In this document: positions 17,701 to 30,082 of the stretch, piece after piece | Layout: every line of letters starts with the position of its first letter | Position numbering within the stretch: the stretch's first letter is position 1 | From: Candidatus Yanofskybacteria bacterium | Lineage (GTDB): Bacteria > Patescibacteriota > Minisyncoccia > 2-02-FULL-40-12 > GWA2-44-9 | Assembly: GCA_023245235.1 (NCBI GenBank) | Contig: JAHFKT010000003.1 | Span: 1-55,544 of the forward strand | Reading direction: 5' to 3' | Length of the DNA stretch: 55,544 nucleotides | Notes under the pieces: model-generated | What the model saw: the letters and a program-made list of their open reading frames with translations, nothing else | What the model was told of the DNA's origin: nothing | Databases searched by the model: none | Translations under genes and position numbers: made by a program

Positions 17701-18963
17701 ATGGCTCAACTCATCATCAACGGCGGCAGAAAATTAAAAGGCATCTGGCGCCCTTCGGGTAACAAAAACGAGGCATTACCGCTCATCGCCGCCTCGCTCC
17801 TTTTTCGGAAGGGACTGACCCTGACAAATGTGCCGGATATCGAGGATACTCGGGTGATGCTCGACATCGCACGTTCTCTGGGCGTCAGGGTCCGGCGGAA
17901 CAACGGCAGCATACGTTTTTCATCGCCCAAAAAGCCGATGCGGGAACTTTCTTTGGAGCTTTCCTCGAGGGTCAGGGGTTCCGTACTGTTCATCGCCCCC
18001 CTGCTCATCAATGGCACGGTCAACATTCCCGCAACCGGCGGTGACAGGATCGGTATACGCCCCATCGATACGCACCTCGAAATGTTCAAAGCCTTCGGCG
18101 CAAAAGTTTCCGGCAGTTCCATAACACTTAAGAAAAAAGAACTCTATCGCAGAAGCCCGGTATTGATCTGGCTTTCCGAGCCGAGCGTGACCGCCACCGA
18201 GAACGCGCTGATGCTGGCCTCGGCCCGGCCGTTCAAGACCATTATCAAGAATGCCGCCTGCGAGCCGCACATTATCGGGCTCGGTCGGGCATTGGAACAA
18301 GCCGGTGTCACGGTCACCGGCCTCGGTACGAACCTCATTGAGATGACCGGTACGAGGATATTCAAACGGGTCAGTCATCGCGTGAGCGAGGATTTCATGG
18401 AAGCCGGCAGCGCCTTGGTCATGTCAGCTGTATCCGGCGGCGCGGTCAAAGTTGCCATTGAAGACCCGGCGGAGTATCAGCTGATATTCAATACGTTCAG
18501 GAAGTTCGGCAAAAAAGTCGTGCGGTCGGGAGAATTGTATTCGGTCGTCGACGGGCCCAAAACCAAAGACGGCATCCGGACGCTGAATGATGACCCGTGG
18601 CCGAACTTTCCTTCCGATCTGATGAGCGTGATGATCGTGCTGGCCAGCCAGTGCTCCGGCCAGTTCCTGTTCCATGAGAAGATGTTCGAGTCACGGCTGT
18701 ATTTTACCGACCAGCTTAATATGCTCGGCGCCCAAGTGGTTCTGTGCGACCCGCACCGTGTCCTGGTCACCGGGCCGAGCCGGCTCCATGGCACGACCCT
18801 GGTCAGTCCCGATATCCGGGCCGGCATGGCCCTGGTCATCGCTGCGCTTATTGCCCGGGGTCAGAGCGTCATTAACAACAGCCAGCAACTAGACCGGGGT
18901 TACGAGGGCATTATGAAGAAGCTCAAAGCCGTCAGGGCCAGAGCGGTCCTCCAAGTCCAATGA
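17701..18963 (+). CDS. murA: UDP-N-acetylglucosamine 1-carboxyvinyltransferase
   Basis: 420 aa. PSGNKNEALPLIAASLL N-terminus, EPSP-synthase-like fold length, followed by murB. Confidence 0.95.
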   Translation: MAQLIINGGRKLKGIWRPSGNKNEALPLIAASLLFRKGLTLTNVPDIEDTRVMLDIARSLGVRVRRNNGSIRFSSPKKPMRELSLELSSRVRGSVLFIAPLLINGTVNIPATGGDRIGIRPIDTHLEMFKAFGAKVSGSSITLKKKELYRRSPVLIWLSEPSVTATENALMLASARPFKTIIKNAACEPHIIGLGRALEQAGVTVTGLGTNLIEMTGTRIFKRVSHRVSEDFMEAGSALVMSAVSGGAVKVAIEDPAEYQLIFNTFRKFGKKVVRSGELYSVVDGPKTKDGIRTLNDDPWPNFPSDLMSVMIVLASQCSGQFLFHEKMFESRLYFTDQLNMLGAQVVLCDPHRVLVTGPSRLHGTTLVSPDIRAGMALVIAALIARGQSVINNSQQLDRGYEGIMKKLKAVRARAVLQVQ

Positions 18964-19883
18964 AGATCAGGCGGAACTACTCTCTCAAGAAGCTTTCGAC
19001 CATCAAGGTCGGGGGCAATGCGGAATATTTTATAAGCGCCGGATCGGAATCCGAGATTTCGGAAGCTATAGCGACGGCCCGCACGCTCAAGGTCAAATGG
19101 ACGCTCATCGGCGCCGGTTCGAATATCGTGCCGTCGGACAATGGCTTTGCCGGACTGGTCATCAGAAATGTTATCAGATCATTCGGTGTCAGAAAGAATA
19201 CCGCTACGGTCGGTGCGGGCAATGACCTTCTGACGTTCATCAGAACAATAAATAGTTTCGGCTTGGCGGGCATGGAGCACATGGCCGGAATTCCCGGCAC
19301 GATCGGCGGTGCGATATACGGCTGCGCCGGCGCATACGGCCAGGAAATAAAAGATACCTTGAAACGGGTCAGAATCTTCGACGGAAAGGAATTCCGGTGG
19401 CTGTCGAACAAACAGTGCCTGTTCTCATACCGCGACAGTATCTTTAAGCGGAAGAAAGATTGGGTCATCATCGCCGCCGAATTCTCATTCCGGAGAGGCG
19501 AAGCGAAACAACTCCGGAAAATATCGGCGGATACTATCGCGATACGGAATGAGAAGTTCCCTCCCCTCCTCAATTGCCCCGGCAGCTTTTTTAAGAACAT
19601 CGTTCTGGCTGATCTGAAGCCGGCCAACAGGAAGCGCTTAACGGCAAAGATAGATGCGGCAAAGATACGGGGCGGCAAAGTTCCGGCCGGATATCTGTTG
19701 AAGCTGGCCGGCGCGCCCGGCATGCGGTCGGGCGGGATACGGGTCGCTTCATATCATGGAAACATCATATACAATCCCGGCGGAGGCACGTCCCGGGATA
19801 TCAGGCGGCTGACGGAGCTTTTGAAGAGGCGCGTCAAACAACGCTTCGGCATTGAATTAGAGGAGGAAATACAGTATATTTAG
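18960..19883 (+). CDS. murB: UDP-N-acetylenolpyruvoylglucosamine reductase
   Basis: 307 aa. KVGGNAEYF, GAGSNIV and AGIPGTIGGAIYGCAGAYG motifs. 4-nt overlap with murA. Confidence 0.9.
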   Translation: MKIRRNYSLKKLSTIKVGGNAEYFISAGSESEISEAIATARTLKVKWTLIGAGSNIVPSDNGFAGLVIRNVIRSFGVRKNTATVGAGNDLLTFIRTINSFGLAGMEHMAGIPGTIGGAIYGCAGAYGQEIKDTLKRVRIFDGKEFRWLSNKQCLFSYRDSIFKRKKDWVIIAAEFSFRRGEAKQLRKISADTIAIRNEKFPPLLNCPGSFFKNIVLADLKPANRKRLTAKIDAAKIRGGKVPAGYLLKLAGAPGMRSGGIRVASYHGNIIYNPGGGTSRDIRRLTELLKRRVKQRFGIELEEEIQYI

Positions 19884-19895
19884 GGCGGTTTTTAA

Positions 19896-19966
19896 GGGCC
19901 TGTAGTAAAACGGTATTACACATCCATGGCATGGATGGGGTCGGGGTTCGATTCCCCGCAGGTCCA
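19896..19966 (+). tRNA. tRNA-Ala (anticodon GGC)
   Basis: Acceptor GGGCCTG/CAGGTCC with G3:U70, anticodon loop ATGGCAT, T-arm CGGGG-TTCGATT-CCCCG. No encoded CCA. Confidence 0.9.
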
Positions 19967-19968
19967 CA
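19955..19968 (+). repeat. Direct repeat copy 1 (3' end of tRNA-Ala)
   Basis: CCCGCAGGTCCACA, identical to 20104-20117. Confidence 0.7.
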
Positions 19969-20103
19969 ATAGTTAATACCGGGTAATCGAACGATCCTGC
20001 TTCGCAGGATATGTTCTCCGAATTTCTTAACGCTTGCTATGCGCCCGGCGCAATAGACGCAAGCTAAAATTCGTGGTTGAAATAAAGCAGTTTATTTCAA
20101 CCG

Positions 20104-20117
20104 CCCGCAGGTCCACA
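20104..20117 (+). repeat. Direct repeat copy 2 (ends at the A of the epimerase ATG)
   Basis: CCCGCAGGTCCACA, identical to 19955-19968, 149 nt downstream. Confidence 0.7.
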
Positions 20118-21088
20118 TGATTTCCACTCCCCGAGCAGTTCTCGTGACCGGCTGCGCCGGCTTCATCGGCAGTAACTTCGTCCGTCAGTTCAGGCGAAAG
20201 TTTCCCAAAACAGCGATCATCGGCATCGATGATTTTTCGACCGGCAGAAAAGATGCGCTCGATAGGGCCATAAAGTTCTATCAGGGCTCGATCCTGAACG
20301 ACAAACTTCTGAACAAAATATTTTCCAAACACCGGCCGGAATATATCTTTCATTTTGCCGCGCTTCCCCGCGTCTCCTATTCGGTGGAGCAGCCGGTCCA
20401 TACCAGTGAAGTCAACATTCTCGGCACCGTGAAGCTTCTGACCAAGGCCAAAGACTATCGCGCGAAACGGTTCATCTATTCCTCGTCATCTTCGGTCTAC
20501 GGCGGCGCCAAGAAACTGCCGACCAAAGAATCTGAGAATGCCCCGGATCCGAAGTCTCCATATGCGGTCCAAAAGTTAGCCGGTGAGCCGTTCTGTAAAA
20601 TTTTCAGTGAACTCTACGGCCTCGACACCGTATGTCTCAGGTACTTTAATGTTTTCGGACCCGGCCAGTATGGTGACTCACCCTACTCCACCGTCGTATC
20701 GGCATGGCTCGAATCATTGTACTTTCCGAAAAAGAAAATGGCGTTCATCGAAGGCAACGGCAATCAGTCGCGGGACTTCTGTTACGTGGACAATGTCGTG
20801 GCGGCTAATATTCTGGCAATGAATTCGAAAAAACCGCTCGGCGGAGAGATGTTCAATGTTGCCTGCGGAAGCCGGACAACCCTGAAAGAAGTAAAACAGC
20901 TGATCGAGCAGTATTCAGGCCGCGTGCTGGAACTTCAAAAAAGGCCTCCCCGTATCGGCGACGTGCTCCACACTCATGCCGATATCTCCAAGGCACGGAA
21001 GCGGTTCGGTTATAGCCCGGCTGTAGATTTCAAAAAAGGACTCAAACTCACCGTGGCCTGGTTCGAAACAAGGATCTCCAAGGATTGA
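20117..21088 (+). CDS. NAD-dependent sugar-nucleotide epimerase (WbpP/TviC-like extended SDR)
   Basis: 323 aa. GCAGFIGSN Rossmann motif, YAVQK (YxxxK), SRDFCYVDNVVAANILA. Confidence 0.85.
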   Translation: MISTPRAVLVTGCAGFIGSNFVRQFRRKFPKTAIIGIDDFSTGRKDALDRAIKFYQGSILNDKLLNKIFSKHRPEYIFHFAALPRVSYSVEQPVHTSEVNILGTVKLLTKAKDYRAKRFIYSSSSSVYGGAKKLPTKESENAPDPKSPYAVQKLAGEPFCKIFSELYGLDTVCLRYFNVFGPGQYGDSPYSTVVSAWLESLYFPKKKMAFIEGNGNQSRDFCYVDNVVAANILAMNSKKPLGGEMFNVACGSRTTLKEVKQLIEQYSGRVLELQKRPPRIGDVLHTHADISKARKRFGYSPAVDFKKGLKLTVAWFETRISKD

Positions 21089-21133
21089 TTTTCTGCGTTT
21101 ATTCGGTATAATTCCGGCACTTGTAGCTTAACA

Positions 21134-22240
21134 ATGCATCGCCAGAAAATATCGAAGATCGTCATCACCGGCGGGCCGTGTGCCGGCAAGACAACGACTC
21201 TTGCCTACCTCACCCGGAGGCTCTCCGATTTCGGATTCAAGGTCATCCTCGTCAACGAGATGGCGACCGATCTCATTAATGCCGGTATCGGACCGAAAGA
21301 GCTCGGTCCGGACTTCCAGCACCTTGTTTTGAAGGGCAGTATCGAGCGCGAAGACCTCCTTTATAACGGAGCGCTCGCGATGCCCGAACAAAGAGTGGTC
21401 ATGCTGTGCGACCGGGGACTGATGGACGGCAGGGCCTATATTGCCGGGGCCGAGTTCGTCAAAATACTCCGGCGGTTCAAGCTGACCGAGGTCACTGCCC
21501 GGGACGAACGTTACGAAGGTGTAGTTCATCTCGTCACTGCCGCGGACGGGGCCAAAAAGTTCTATACGCTCGCCAATAACACCGCCCGGAGCGAAACCCC
21601 TGACCAGGCCCGGAGGCTCGATACGGCCACCATGAACGCCTGGAACGGCCACCCCCATCTCCGGATCATCGATAACAGTACTGATTTTGAAAAAAAGAAG
21701 CAGCGGACCCTGGAAGCGGTCTGTCATATCCTGGGAGTACCGCAGCCGATCGAGATCGAGAACAAATATCTTGTCCGTGTCCCTGACCTAGGATCACTCC
21801 CGGTCCACTGTCAGGCCATCGACATCCACCAGATCTATCTGAGGAACGGCGGCCGCATCCGCGAACGGGGCCAGAACGGTTCATTCACGTATTTCTGGAC
21901 CATGAAGAAAAAGATCGGCCCGAAGTCGCGTATCGAGGTCGAGAGGATAATTACCGCCCAGCAGTTCAGCGCGCTCTTCCGGGAACAGCGAAGCGAGGAC
22001 CATGTCCCGGTCCGGAAGAACAGAATATGCTTCGTCTGGAAGAATCAGTACTTTGAGCTCGATATCTTCCAGCGTCCGCACCGTCCGAACATAATTCCGA
22101 GCGGAGAAAAAAAGCTCTCTCTGCTGGAAATCGAGCTGACCGAGGAACAGGACCGCGTGAGCCTGCCGCCGTTCATCGATATTGTCGAAGATGTGACCAT
22201 GGACAAGCGATACCGCAACTCGGCGATCGCCAGGATCTGA
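21134..22240 (+). CDS. AAA_28-like P-loop NTPase fused to a C-terminal CYTH domain
   Basis: 368 aa. Walker A GGPCAGKTT. C-terminal half starts with the ExExK CYTH signature EIENKYLV and also has LLEIELTEE. Confidence 0.7.
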   Translation: MHRQKISKIVITGGPCAGKTTTLAYLTRRLSDFGFKVILVNEMATDLINAGIGPKELGPDFQHLVLKGSIEREDLLYNGALAMPEQRVVMLCDRGLMDGRAYIAGAEFVKILRRFKLTEVTARDERYEGVVHLVTAADGAKKFYTLANNTARSETPDQARRLDTATMNAWNGHPHLRIIDNSTDFEKKKQRTLEAVCHILGVPQPIEIENKYLVRVPDLGSLPVHCQAIDIHQIYLRNGGRIRERGQNGSFTYFWTMKKKIGPKSRIEVERIITAQQFSALFREQRSEDHVPVRKNRICFVWKNQYFELDIFQRPHRPNIIPSGEKKLSLLEIELTEEQDRVSLPPFIDIVEDVTMDKRYRNSAIARI

Positions 22241-22242
22241 TA

Positions 22243-22269
22243 AGCCCGCTAGAGCGGGCTCTTTTATTT
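22243..22269 (+). terminator. Intrinsic terminator after the AAA-CYTH gene
   Basis: Stem AGCCCGC / GCGGGCT, loop TAGA, followed by CTTTTATTT. Confidence 0.7.
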
Positions 22270-22854
22270 GATGACCTCGAGTTCTTTGAGCGTCTGTTCG
22301 TACAAACGTATCGCCCGGAGCGCCTCGGCATGGCGGAGGAAATAGTTCATGTCGTGAGCCAGGCGGTTGCGGACCTTGTGGGCCTCCCAGAGCCCGTCGA
22401 TGGACAGGAGTTTGGTCTTGTCGATGTTCATGAGCCGCTCGCCCATCGTCTCACCGGGGAAGTGGTTCTTCAGCTGATCATCCACCAGCTTGTCGGCCTC
22501 AATGATGGCGAATTTCCATTCAGCTTCCCGTATCGAATCAACATGGCGCATGATCTCTTCCCAGCGGTTCTGGAGCGGTCCGCCCTCAGCCGGCTCGGAC
22601 GGCGCGGGGCTCTGAAGTACCGCCAGCGTGTGGTTCATCTCGTGGGTTTTGTTGAACAGTATGACCGCAATGACGCTCATCACTACCGTTATGGCCAAGG
22701 CGATGATCTTCAGAACGAATACGGTCTCCGAACTCAAAACCCAATCCTGGATATTAAGGCTGATCTGGGCAAGGTCAACATTGCCGACCTTCAGTGAGGT
22801 CATATGGTAGAACGCGACCAGCATTTGAGTTACGGTAAGAGTGATGAAGTTCAT
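22264..22854 (-). CDS. Hypothetical membrane protein
   Basis: 196 aa. [18 protein letters not shown] followed by a helical soluble domain. 4-nt overlap with the gatA stop. Confidence 0.55.
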   Translation of the reverse strand: MNFITLTVTQMLVAFYHMTSLKVGNVDLAQISLNIQDWVLSSETVFVLKIIALAITVVMSVIAVILFNKTHEMNHTLAVLQSPAPSEPAEGGPLQNRWEEIMRHVDSIREAEWKFAIIEADKLVDDQLKNHFPGETMGERLMNIDKTKLLSIDGLWEAHKVRNRLAHDMNYFLRHAEALRAIRLYEQTLKELEVIK

Positions 22855-24251
22855 GTTATCTGTTCGAGTTGGTGGGCTACGCGCAGCACCGTAGCTTCAT
22901 CAAATGATCTTCCGGTTATTTGAAATCCGACCGGCATTCCTGAATCCTCGCCGTTTCCGCACGGGATGGAGATACCCGGCAATCCCGCCAAGTTCAGCGG
23001 AACCGTGTAGATATCCTCGAGGTAGAGAGCAAGCGGGTCGGAGGCCTTCTCCCCTATCTTGAAGGCGGTATTGGGAGATGTCGGGCCGACGATGACATCG
23101 ACTTTTTGAAATGCGTCATCAAAATCTTTTTTAATTAGGGCGCGTACTTTCTGGGCTTTCAGATAATACGCATCGTAATATCCTGACGACAACGCATAGG
23201 CGCCGAGCATGATGCGGCGCTTGGGTTCCGGACCGAAACCTTCGGAGCGCGATTCCAGGTAGGTATCCAGAAGCGTCGCCGCTTTCTTTGAGGAATGGCC
23301 GTAGCGGATGCCGTCGAAGCGGGCCAGGTTCGCAGAAATTTCACTCGGTACGGCGATGTAATACGCCGCCAGCGCGTATTCAAAGTTCGGGAGCGATATA
23401 TCGCTGACCTGGCAGCCCATGTCTTCAAGTTTTTTGATAGTCGCCCTGATCCGCTCCTCTACTTCTTTTGCCAGTCCGGCTCTGAAAAATTCTTTCGGTA
23501 CGCCAACTCTTAACCCCTTTATGGACCGGTCCAGGTTGGCGGTAAAATCAGGGATCTCCCGGTCGACGGTCGTTGAATCGAATACATCATGCCCGCAGAG
23601 CTCATTGAGCACGAGCGCGGCATCGTAGACCGTCTTGGTCAGCGGACCGATCTGATCGAACGACGAAGCCATGGCAATAAGGCCATGGCGGGATATGCGT
23701 CCGTAGGTGGGCTTCAATCCGACGATCCCGCACATCGCAGCCGGCTGGCGGATAGAACCGCCGGTATCGGAACCGAGCGCGAATACGGCCAGATCGGCGG
23801 CGATCGCGGCGGCCGACCCGCCCGAAGACCCGCCCGGTACGCGGTCCGTGTCGAGAGGATTTCTGGTCGGTCCGAATGCCGAATTTTCGGTCGAAGTGCC
23901 CATCGCGAACTCATCAAGGTTCGTCTTTCCCAGGAATACAGCTCCGGCTGAACGGAGCTTTTTGATGACGGTTGCATCATAGGCCGCTGTGTAATTATCC
24001 AGGATCTTCGATGCCGCCGTCGTGCGGGTTCCTTCAATAAGCATATTGTCTTTGATGGCGCAGGGCACTCCGGCCAGGGTTCCTTCCGTATCGAATTCTT
24101 CGGGCGCATCGAAAACAGTAAGAAATGCATTCAACTCGCCGTTCTGTGCGCGGATCCTTTTGTTATAGTGTTCGAAGAGTTCCGGCGCCGAAAAATCGCC
24201 TCGTGCGAGGCCTTCTCTGGCCGATCTGATTGTCAGCTTTTCGGGGATCAT
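22851..24251 (-). CDS. gatA: Glu-tRNA(Gln)/Asp-tRNA(Asn) amidotransferase subunit A
   Basis: 466 aa. Amidase signature [13 protein letters not shown], with gatC directly upstream. Confidence 0.95.
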   Translation of the reverse strand: MIPEKLTIRSAREGLARGDFSAPELFEHYNKRIRAQNGELNAFLTVFDAPEEFDTEGTLAGVPCAIKDNMLIEGTRTTAASKILDNYTAAYDATVIKKLRSAGAVFLGKTNLDEFAMGTSTENSAFGPTRNPLDTDRVPGGSSGGSAAAIAADLAVFALGSDTGGSIRQPAAMCGIVGLKPTYGRISRHGLIAMASSFDQIGPLTKTVYDAALVLNELCGHDVFDSTTVDREIPDFTANLDRSIKGLRVGVPKEFFRAGLAKEVEERIRATIKKLEDMGCQVSDISLPNFEYALAAYYIAVPSEISANLARFDGIRYGHSSKKAATLLDTYLESRSEGFGPEPKRRIMLGAYALSSGYYDAYYLKAQKVRALIKKDFDDAFQKVDVIVGPTSPNTAFKIGEKASDPLALYLEDIYTVPLNLAGLPGISIPCGNGEDSGMPVGFQITGRSFDEATVLRVAHQLEQIT

Positions 24252-24553
24252 TTCTTATTGAGTACCGGCCTGACTTTAATGAAGTGGTCATGTTTGGCAG
24301 GTGCTTGGCCGATGAGAAGCTCATTGAGCTTCTCGGTCATGGGAAATTCCTTGCGAGGTTCATCGCTCCGGGTCGAATTGACCAGCCCGGTTGTCTGATA
24401 CAGCGGTTGGACCGAGCTCGTGTCGGCTTCATTGAGCTTCCCGATGTAATCCAAGATCGAGGAGAGATCCTTTTTGAGCCCGTCTTTCTCAGCCGGCTTG
24501 AGTTCGATTCTCGCTAACTTGGCGATATGAGCTACTTCTTTGTCGCTTAACAT
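24248..24553 (-). CDS. gatC: Amidotransferase subunit C
   Basis: 101 aa. [36 protein letters not shown]. 4-nt overlap with gatA. Confidence 0.9.
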   Translation of the reverse strand: MLSDKEVAHIAKLARIELKPAEKDGLKKDLSSILDYIGKLNEADTSSVQPLYQTTGLVNSTRSDEPRKEFPMTEKLNELLIGQAPAKHDHFIKVRPVLNKK

Positions 24554-24571
24554 GAGATTAGATTACCATGA

Positions 24572-26985
<2,414 letters not shown>

Positions 26986-26986
26986 A

Positions 26987-27538
26987 TTATCGGGTAAATT
27001 CACTTTCCAGGTTGCGCGAGGTAACCGCTGTTTCCAGGTTAAATGTCAGGATATCCTTACCGGTCTTATTGCGTACTGATGCCAGAATAGCGACCCGGAC
27101 CTGCTTTTGATCGGTCGGATCCGAGCCCAGGAGGCAGAAGTTCAATCGTGAGAATGATACCGTAGACGAGGTCAGATCAGAAGTAAAACCTCCAGCCGTC
27201 CGCTGGAGAACGCCGGTGCTGCCGTTGAGCGAATAGGTTACCGTGCCGTTGACCGGGTGGTCTATGGTCAGCGAAGTCAGAGTGCAGCCCGGCGAATCTC
27301 CCGGAGGATTTTGGTCGGCTGCCCGTATTTGGCTGACCCGTATCTCGCGCGACATCAGCTCCATGATGAATAACCCGTTTTCCTGGATAGCCTGCGCGGC
27401 GAACGCCCGCCGTTCATTGGCCAGGATGCTTATAAACAGCCCGCTCACTGAAAGCATGATTATCGAAAAAATAAATGACGTGATCAACACTTCCACCAGA
27501 GTGAAGCCCGATTGATTGTTATGTCGCAGTTGGTTCAT
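26987..27538 (-). CDS. Type IV minor pilin (prepilin-type N-terminal cleavage/methylation domain)
   Basis: Start chosen to give the leader MNQLRHNNQSG|FTLVEVLITS, the canonical G-FTLxE prepilin site. Confidence 0.7.
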   Translation of the reverse strand: MNQLRHNNQSGFTLVEVLITSFIFSIIMLSVSGLFISILANERRAFAAQAIQENGLFIMELMSREIRVSQIRAADQNPPGDSPGCTLTSLTIDHPVNGTVTYSLNGSTGVLQRTAGGFTSDLTSSTVSFSRLNFCLLGSDPTDQKQVRVAILASVRNKTGKDILTFNLETAVTSRNLESEFTR

Positions 27539-27539
27539 G

Positions 27540-28013
27540 TTATTTCCAGTTGAACAGATGTTCTTCGGCCGAAGTCGTTTTAGCATCGTTGGTCCTGGTC
27601 TGCCACGTTATCCGGCTGACCACCTTCAGTTCCCCGTCATTAACCTTGGTGATGATGATATCCCTCGTGAAGGGACTCGCCGTACCGGATGAATAGTTAT
27701 ACAGGCCGTTATCGACCTTCAGCGGGCCGCCCGAAAATGTCGACAGGGATGTTGAGTCCCACTCGAGCTGGTAGTCGCCATCGCTCAACCCAGTATCGAA
27801 CGGCCGGTTGTTCAACCAGTTGTCGTCGCGGATGGCCTGTACGACTTCGATCCCTTCTTGAGCGAGGCCTGCCGCTATGAGGTCGTCCCGTATGACGAAT
27901 GCAACGCTGACCGCGTTGTTCGACAGGGCCAAAGCCGGAATAATGCCCATGGTCAATACGGCCATTGAGACAAGAGTCTCGACCAAAGTGAATCCCCGCT
28001 CCCTATTGTGCAT
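27540..28013 (-). CDS. Type IV minor pilin
   Basis: Start chosen to give MHNRERG|FTLVETLVSMAVL. Confidence 0.7.
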   Translation of the reverse strand: MHNRERGFTLVETLVSMAVLTMGIIPALALSNNAVSVAFVIRDDLIAAGLAQEGIEVVQAIRDDNWLNNRPFDTGLSDGDYQLEWDSTSLSTFSGGPLKVDNGLYNYSSGTASPFTRDIIITKVNDGELKVVSRITWQTRTNDAKTTSAEEHLFNWK

Positions 28014-28560
28014 CGATTTTTCCGGAAGAATAGACATAGACGGTTTTACACCCTTCGCTGCAGGTCGTCCCGGCACTGATAATAATGGCGATGGGGGCAT
28101 GGTTCAGTGAAGCATCGTTGTCGAGGTATGTTTTCGGATCGGGCGGTTCGAAATAGAAATCACTGAACGAGGCGCCGAACCGGACATGAGTATCTCCGAA
28201 CGACTGCGGGGCCAGGAGAACCATACCCTCCTCGGGCTGATAGTTCCTGTTTATGGATGTGCAGTCCGCAGTTGACGCGTCAGGGCCGATATACATCGCC
28301 CAATGCGTCGGGTCGATGTAATGGATGCCGTAGCCGCATGGGATATATCCGTTAAACTTGGAGCTTGAAACGGAGTCCGACTGTGCAATGCGGATACTCG
28401 ATTCGAATACGCCGACACTTTGCGAGAGGTCCAGCCGGGTTCTTGAAAAATTGAGGATGATCGAGGTACTGAGTATGCCGATGATGGCGATAACTACGGT
28501 CATCTCTACGAGGGTGAACCCCCGCTCATCTGAAAAATTGTTGAAAATAGGTAGCTTCAT
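28003..28560 (-). CDS. Type IV minor pilin
   Basis: Start chosen to give MKLPIFNNFSDERG|FTLVEMTVVIAIIGIL. Confidence 0.7.
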   Translation of the reverse strand: MKLPIFNNFSDERGFTLVEMTVVIAIIGILSTSIILNFSRTRLDLSQSVGVFESSIRIAQSDSVSSSKFNGYIPCGYGIHYIDPTHWAMYIGPDASTADCTSINRNYQPEEGMVLLAPQSFGDTHVRFGASFSDFYFEPPDPKTYLDNDASLNHAPIAIIISAGTTCSEGCKTVYVYSSGKIDAQ

Positions 28561-29287
28561 GCTGGAATATAGTGAAAAATATCGCTGCAGCCGACAGAAA
28601 TGCTCCGAACGGCAGTGCGTATCCCCTGCCCGCGCGGCCCGAGATAAGGAGCGCAACTCCGATGGCGGCTCCGATCCAGATGCCGAGTACCACTACCAGT
28701 AACCCGACCGGATAGCCGAACACGAGCCCGATCAATGCCGCAAATTTTACATCACCGAAACCAAGCCATCTTCCGCGGGATACCGTATACAGTATAGCAA
28801 AAAAGCCGGCCAGAAGTAATGCCGAAATAAAGAATGCCCGCGGGTCGGCAACAAAGACCAGGTCATATAAGCCGACAATGCCGATGGCCGGAATGACCAA
28901 CGCATCCGGCAGGATCATATATAAACTGTCGAAGAAGAAGAGGCTGATAAAGACGAGTAATACATATATCGACACGATCATTGTTCCCGGGTCAGCCGGC
29001 GGCTGAGCAAATACAAACGAGAGTGCCAGCACGGTGCCGGTTACGGCTTCAACTACGGGATAGCGGGGGCTTATGGGCTTACGGCAGTATCGGCATTTTC
29101 CGGAGAGTATCAGGAAGCTTGCGATCGGAACCAGATCGTACCAGGCCAGCGTGTGGCCGCAGGAACGGCACATCGACCGTCCGCCGATGCCTTTACCCTC
29201 GGGGAGCCGCCATAATAGAACGTTCAGGAAGCTGCCGAATATGGTCCCGAATACGAAGGCGAACAGTGTTGAAATGGAAGATGGCAT
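28526..29287 (-). CDS. pilD: Prepilin peptidase (A24 family)
   Basis: 253 aa. FGSFLNVLLWRLP, Cys cluster CRSCGH...CRYCRKPI, catalytic GFGDVKF region. Confidence 0.9.
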   Translation of the reverse strand: MPSSISTLFAFVFGTIFGSFLNVLLWRLPEGKGIGGRSMCRSCGHTLAWYDLVPIASFLILSGKCRYCRKPISPRYPVVEAVTGTVLALSFVFAQPPADPGTMIVSIYVLLVFISLFFFDSLYMILPDALVIPAIGIVGLYDLVFVADPRAFFISALLLAGFFAILYTVSRGRWLGFGDVKFAALIGLVFGYPVGLLVVVLGIWIGAAIGVALLISGRAGRGYALPFGAFLSAAAIFFTIFQHEATYFQQFFR

Positions 29288-29330
29288 ATGGCCATTATAC
29301 TACAACCGGGGCCGTGGGGAGGGATAAAAC

Positions 29331-29361
29331 AAAATCCCGCCTCTTGAGGAGGCGGGATTTT
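29331..29361 (-). terminator. Strong intrinsic terminator after the major pilin gene
   Basis: 13-bp stem AAAATCCCGCCTC / GAGGCGGGATTTT with a 5-nt loop. Confidence 0.7.
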
Positions 29362-29373
29362 GTGAGGGGCAGA

Positions 29374-29934
29374 TTAGGGCTGACCCTGGTCATAGACACA
29401 GACTTCGACGGCGCTTGTAGCGGCAGTGGAACAATCACCCTTACTGTTTGGACCGGACGAGGTGGTTTTATCGTCTTTGGCACCATCGATAAGGTCGCCC
29501 TGCCAGCCGGCGAGTGAACCATTAGCTGAGTTGATGTCGGCATCCGAGGCCAAGGCCTGAGTCCAGCCTTCCAACTCGGCCCATACCTGGTAGTGACGGG
29601 AGGGAGAACCGTTGTAAGCATAATGATATTTGAACGGGGTACTGTTCAAGGGGTCTTGCGGCCAGTTGACCAGATACTTAGGAACAAACAGCGGCTGCAG
29701 AGCCTGGTCGTAGGTGGCTGCTTCGGGATATCCTCCGTTGTCGTCGTAGTAGAGCTCAGAGGCGGTGCGGAGCTGGTTCACGTCTGCGATACGCCTGACG
29801 TCCCTGGCGCGCTGACGGGCTACTCCCAGCTGAAGGAGCAGTAAAGTGGCCAAGACACCGATAATGGCGATAACAACCAACAATTCGACCAACGTGAAAC
29901 CTCGAGAGAGCTTAAAATGGTTTTTGATAGACAC
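29374..29934 (-). CDS. Major type IV pilin (PilA-like)
   Basis: 186 aa. GTG start, leader MSIKNHFKLSRG|FTLVELLVVIAIIGVLA. Has its own promoter and terminator. Confidence 0.85.
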   Translation of the reverse strand: MSIKNHFKLSRGFTLVELLVVIAIIGVLATLLLLQLGVARQRARDVRRIADVNQLRTASELYYDDNGGYPEAATYDQALQPLFVPKYLVNWPQDPLNSTPFKYHYAYNGSPSRHYQVWAELEGWTQALASDADINSANGSLAGWQGDLIDGAKDDKTTSSGPNSKGDCSTAATSAVEVCVYDQGQP

Positions 29935-30023
29935 GGCTTGCGTAGTTCTGGCCTTAGTTTGTGCCCCGGAGGACTACCGAGTCAAAAACAAACGCCAAGA
30001 AGTTATTTAGCTGATTTGTTTAA

Positions 30024-30052
30024 ATTATAAGGGTATCGCGCAATCAATACAA
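30024..30052 (-). promoter_or_regulatory. Sigma70-like promoter of the major pilin gene
   Basis: Minus strand: TTGTAT (30052-30047), 17 nt spacer, TATAAT (30029-30024). Implies a 5' UTR of roughly 80 nt. Confidence 0.45.
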
Positions 30053-30082
30053 TCCAGGATATCAACAGAGTTCCCCGGCCGT

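Noticed and set aside
18977-19723. 248-aa minus-strand ORF
   Set aside because: It is antisense to murB, which has clear family motifs. This is a shadow ORF.
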